Below are positions 62,567 through 64,000 of a stretch of 64,000 nucleotides of DNA, piece by piece (position 1 is the stretch's first letter; each line of letters opens with the position of its first letter). This DNA is from Terriglobia bacterium (lineage in GTDB: Bacteria > Acidobacteriota > Terriglobia > 2-12-FULL-54-10): NCBI GenBank assembly GCA_963666975.2, contig CAXVYR010000004.1, positions 1,184,001 to 1,248,000 of the forward strand, written 5' to 3'. The position numbers and the translations under genes are program-made. Under the pieces are notes generated by a model that worked only from the letters and a program-made list of their open reading frames with translations, ran no database searches and was not told where the DNA came from.

Positions 62567-63025
62567 TCACGGTTGGAGCGCCGCCAGCACTTCCTGAACG
62601 TGGCCCTCGACATGCACCTTTGGAAATATCTTCTGGACCTTCCCGGAAGCGTCAATTAGGAATGTGGTGCGCTCCACGCCGAGAACCTTTTTCCCGTGCA
62701 TGTTTTTTTCCTTCAGCACGCCGTATTCCTTGGCCACTTTCCGGTCCACATCGCACAACAGCGGAAAAGGCAGGGAGTATTTCTGCTTGAACTGGTCTTG
62801 CAGCAGCGGAGTGTCGGGACTCACGCCAACCACGGCGGCTCCCAGCTTTTGAAAATCAGCGATTGCATCACGGAACCCGGATGCCTCGGCGGTTCACCCC
62901 GGAGTATCGGCCATGGGGTAAAAGAAAAGGACCAGAGGATGTCCCTGGTAGTCGGTGAGGTTTACCGTGGTGTTTTGGTCGTTCGTCAGTTGAAAGCCTG
63001 GTGCTGGTTGTCCTGCTTCGAGCAT
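62567..63025 (-). CDS. bcp: Bcp/PrxQ peroxiredoxin, selenocysteine form (U44, TGA 62894-62896), 152 aa
   Basis: MLEAGQPAPGF...FYPMADTPG-TGA-TAEASGFRD...GVSPD...RTTFLID; TGA at the peroxidatic Cys position; GAGG RBS. Confidence 0.9.
62865..62884 (-). promoter_or_regulatory. Candidate bacterial SECIS hairpin of bcp
   Basis: GCAUCCGG-GUU-CCG(U)GAUGC; loop G at +18 after UGA. Confidence 0.7.
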
Positions 63026-63044
63026 AGTTTCCTCGCAATATTCA

Positions 63045-63105
63045 AGTGTTCGGTGTTGGGTGTTGGGTGGTAAATGTTAGATGGTGGATATTAGATGTTA
63101 GGTGG
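63045..63105. repeat. Degenerate heptamer repeats (GTGTTGG/ATGTTAG)
   Basis: gtgttcggtgttgggtgttgggtggtaaatgttagatggtggatattagatgttagg. Confidence 0.45.
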
Positions 63106-63197
63106 AAATATCGTCTTGCAATCGAAAGCCGCCGATTGCAGATCTCTCCCGGCCTCCTTCCCGGCAATGGATCAGCCGGCAAAGGCATCCGGATACT

Positions 63198-64000
63198 TTA
63201 AGCTCCTCCGAGTTCTTCCTTTAACAGCTCGTTGACCTTCTGGGGATTGGCCTGACCTTTGGTCTCCTTCATGACCTGGCCCACGAAATAGCCGATCAGC
63301 GACGTCTTCCCGGATTTGTATTGCGCCAACTGCTTCGGGTTGGCGGCGATCACGTTGCGGATTGTGTCGCGAATCTGATCGGAATCGGTAATCTGACTGA
63401 GTCCCATCCTGCCGACAATAGCCTTCGCGCTCTCCGAGGTGCTCAACATTGTCTCAAAGACGCTCTTGGCCATCTTGCCGGAGAGGGTCTTGTCTTGTAT
63501 GAGCACCAAAAGCCCGGTCAGCGCCTCCGGCGAAACGGGCGACTCGCCGATCTGCTTTCCTGCCGCCTTCAGAGCGCCCAGCAAATCACCCATCACCCAG
63601 TTTGCCGCCATCTTCGGTTCGGCGCCCGATGCCGTCACTTTTTCATAGTAGCCGGCCAGAGCTTGGGAAGCGGTCAGCACCTCGGCGTCATACTCACGCA
63701 AGCCGTACTGGCTGACAAATCGGCGCCGCTTCGTATCGGGGAGCTCCGGCAGCGTCTGCCGAATCTCTTCCTGCCAAGCATCGCTGACCATCAACGGAAG
63801 CAGGTCGGGCTCCGGGAAATAGCGGTAATCATGGGCGTACTCTTTGCTGCGCATGCTGACGGTCTTCTGCTGTTCGAAGTTCCAGTGGCGCGTCTCCTGG
63901 GCGACCTTTTCTCCGCGCTCCAGCAACTGCGTCTGCCGCGCGATCTCATAGTCCAGCGCCTTTTGCAGGTAGCGGAAGGAGTTCAGGTTCTTGACCTCGG
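63198..64000 (-). CDS. gatB: Asp/Glu-tRNA amidotransferase subunit B, 5'-truncated by the window edge
   Basis: EVKNLNSF, MRSKE..DYRYFPEPDL and GQVMKETKGQANP motifs. Confidence 0.97.
   Translation of the reverse strand, partial: EVKNLNSFRYLQKALDYEIARQTQLLERGEKVAQETRHWNFEQQKTVSMRSKEYAHDYRYFPEPDLLPLMVSDAWQEEIRQTLPELPDTKRRRFVSQYGLREYDAEVLTASQALAGYYEKVTASGAEPKMAANWVMGDLLGALKAAGKQIGESPVSPEALTGLLVLIQDKTLSGKMAKSVFETMLSTSESAKAIVGRMGLSQITDSDQIRDTIRNVIAANPKQLAQYKSGKTSLIGYFVGQVMKETKGQANPQKVNELLKEELGGA

Overview
A 64-kb chromosomal window from a GC-rich bacterium, probably an Acidobacteriota (inferred from the TIGR03437-like tail, the orphan GvpL/F gene and the many LVIVD, NHL, amidohydrolase and DinB genes). 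Housekeeping genes include hemJ-hemH, hup, tRNA-Met(CAT), tig-clpP-clpX-lon-rho, rnhA, ppiD, pgi, ogt, a PP2C-FHA pair, bcp and gatB. Accessory DNA includes a decayed run of attC-like gene cassettes (2.2-4.8 kb), three intact-ended IS elements with target duplications (two IS256, one IS4; 16.1-20.9 kb), a 9-kb integrase-less island at tRNA-Met (21.6-30.6 kb), IS1595/IS630 relics and MITEs. The strongest signal is UGA recoding. The Bcp peroxiredoxin has TGA exactly at its catalytic Cys, followed by a SECIS-like hairpin. Two apparently separate ORFs (16038-14617 and 14616-13774) are one in-frame, 12-blade exported beta-propeller gene split by a single TGA, also with a SECIS-like hairpin. This is a candidate new selenoprotein, co-oriented with a His-rich LVIVD propeller gene. 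Several lesions (homopolymer frameshifts, end-less IS256 pieces inside genes) may be assembly artifacts.
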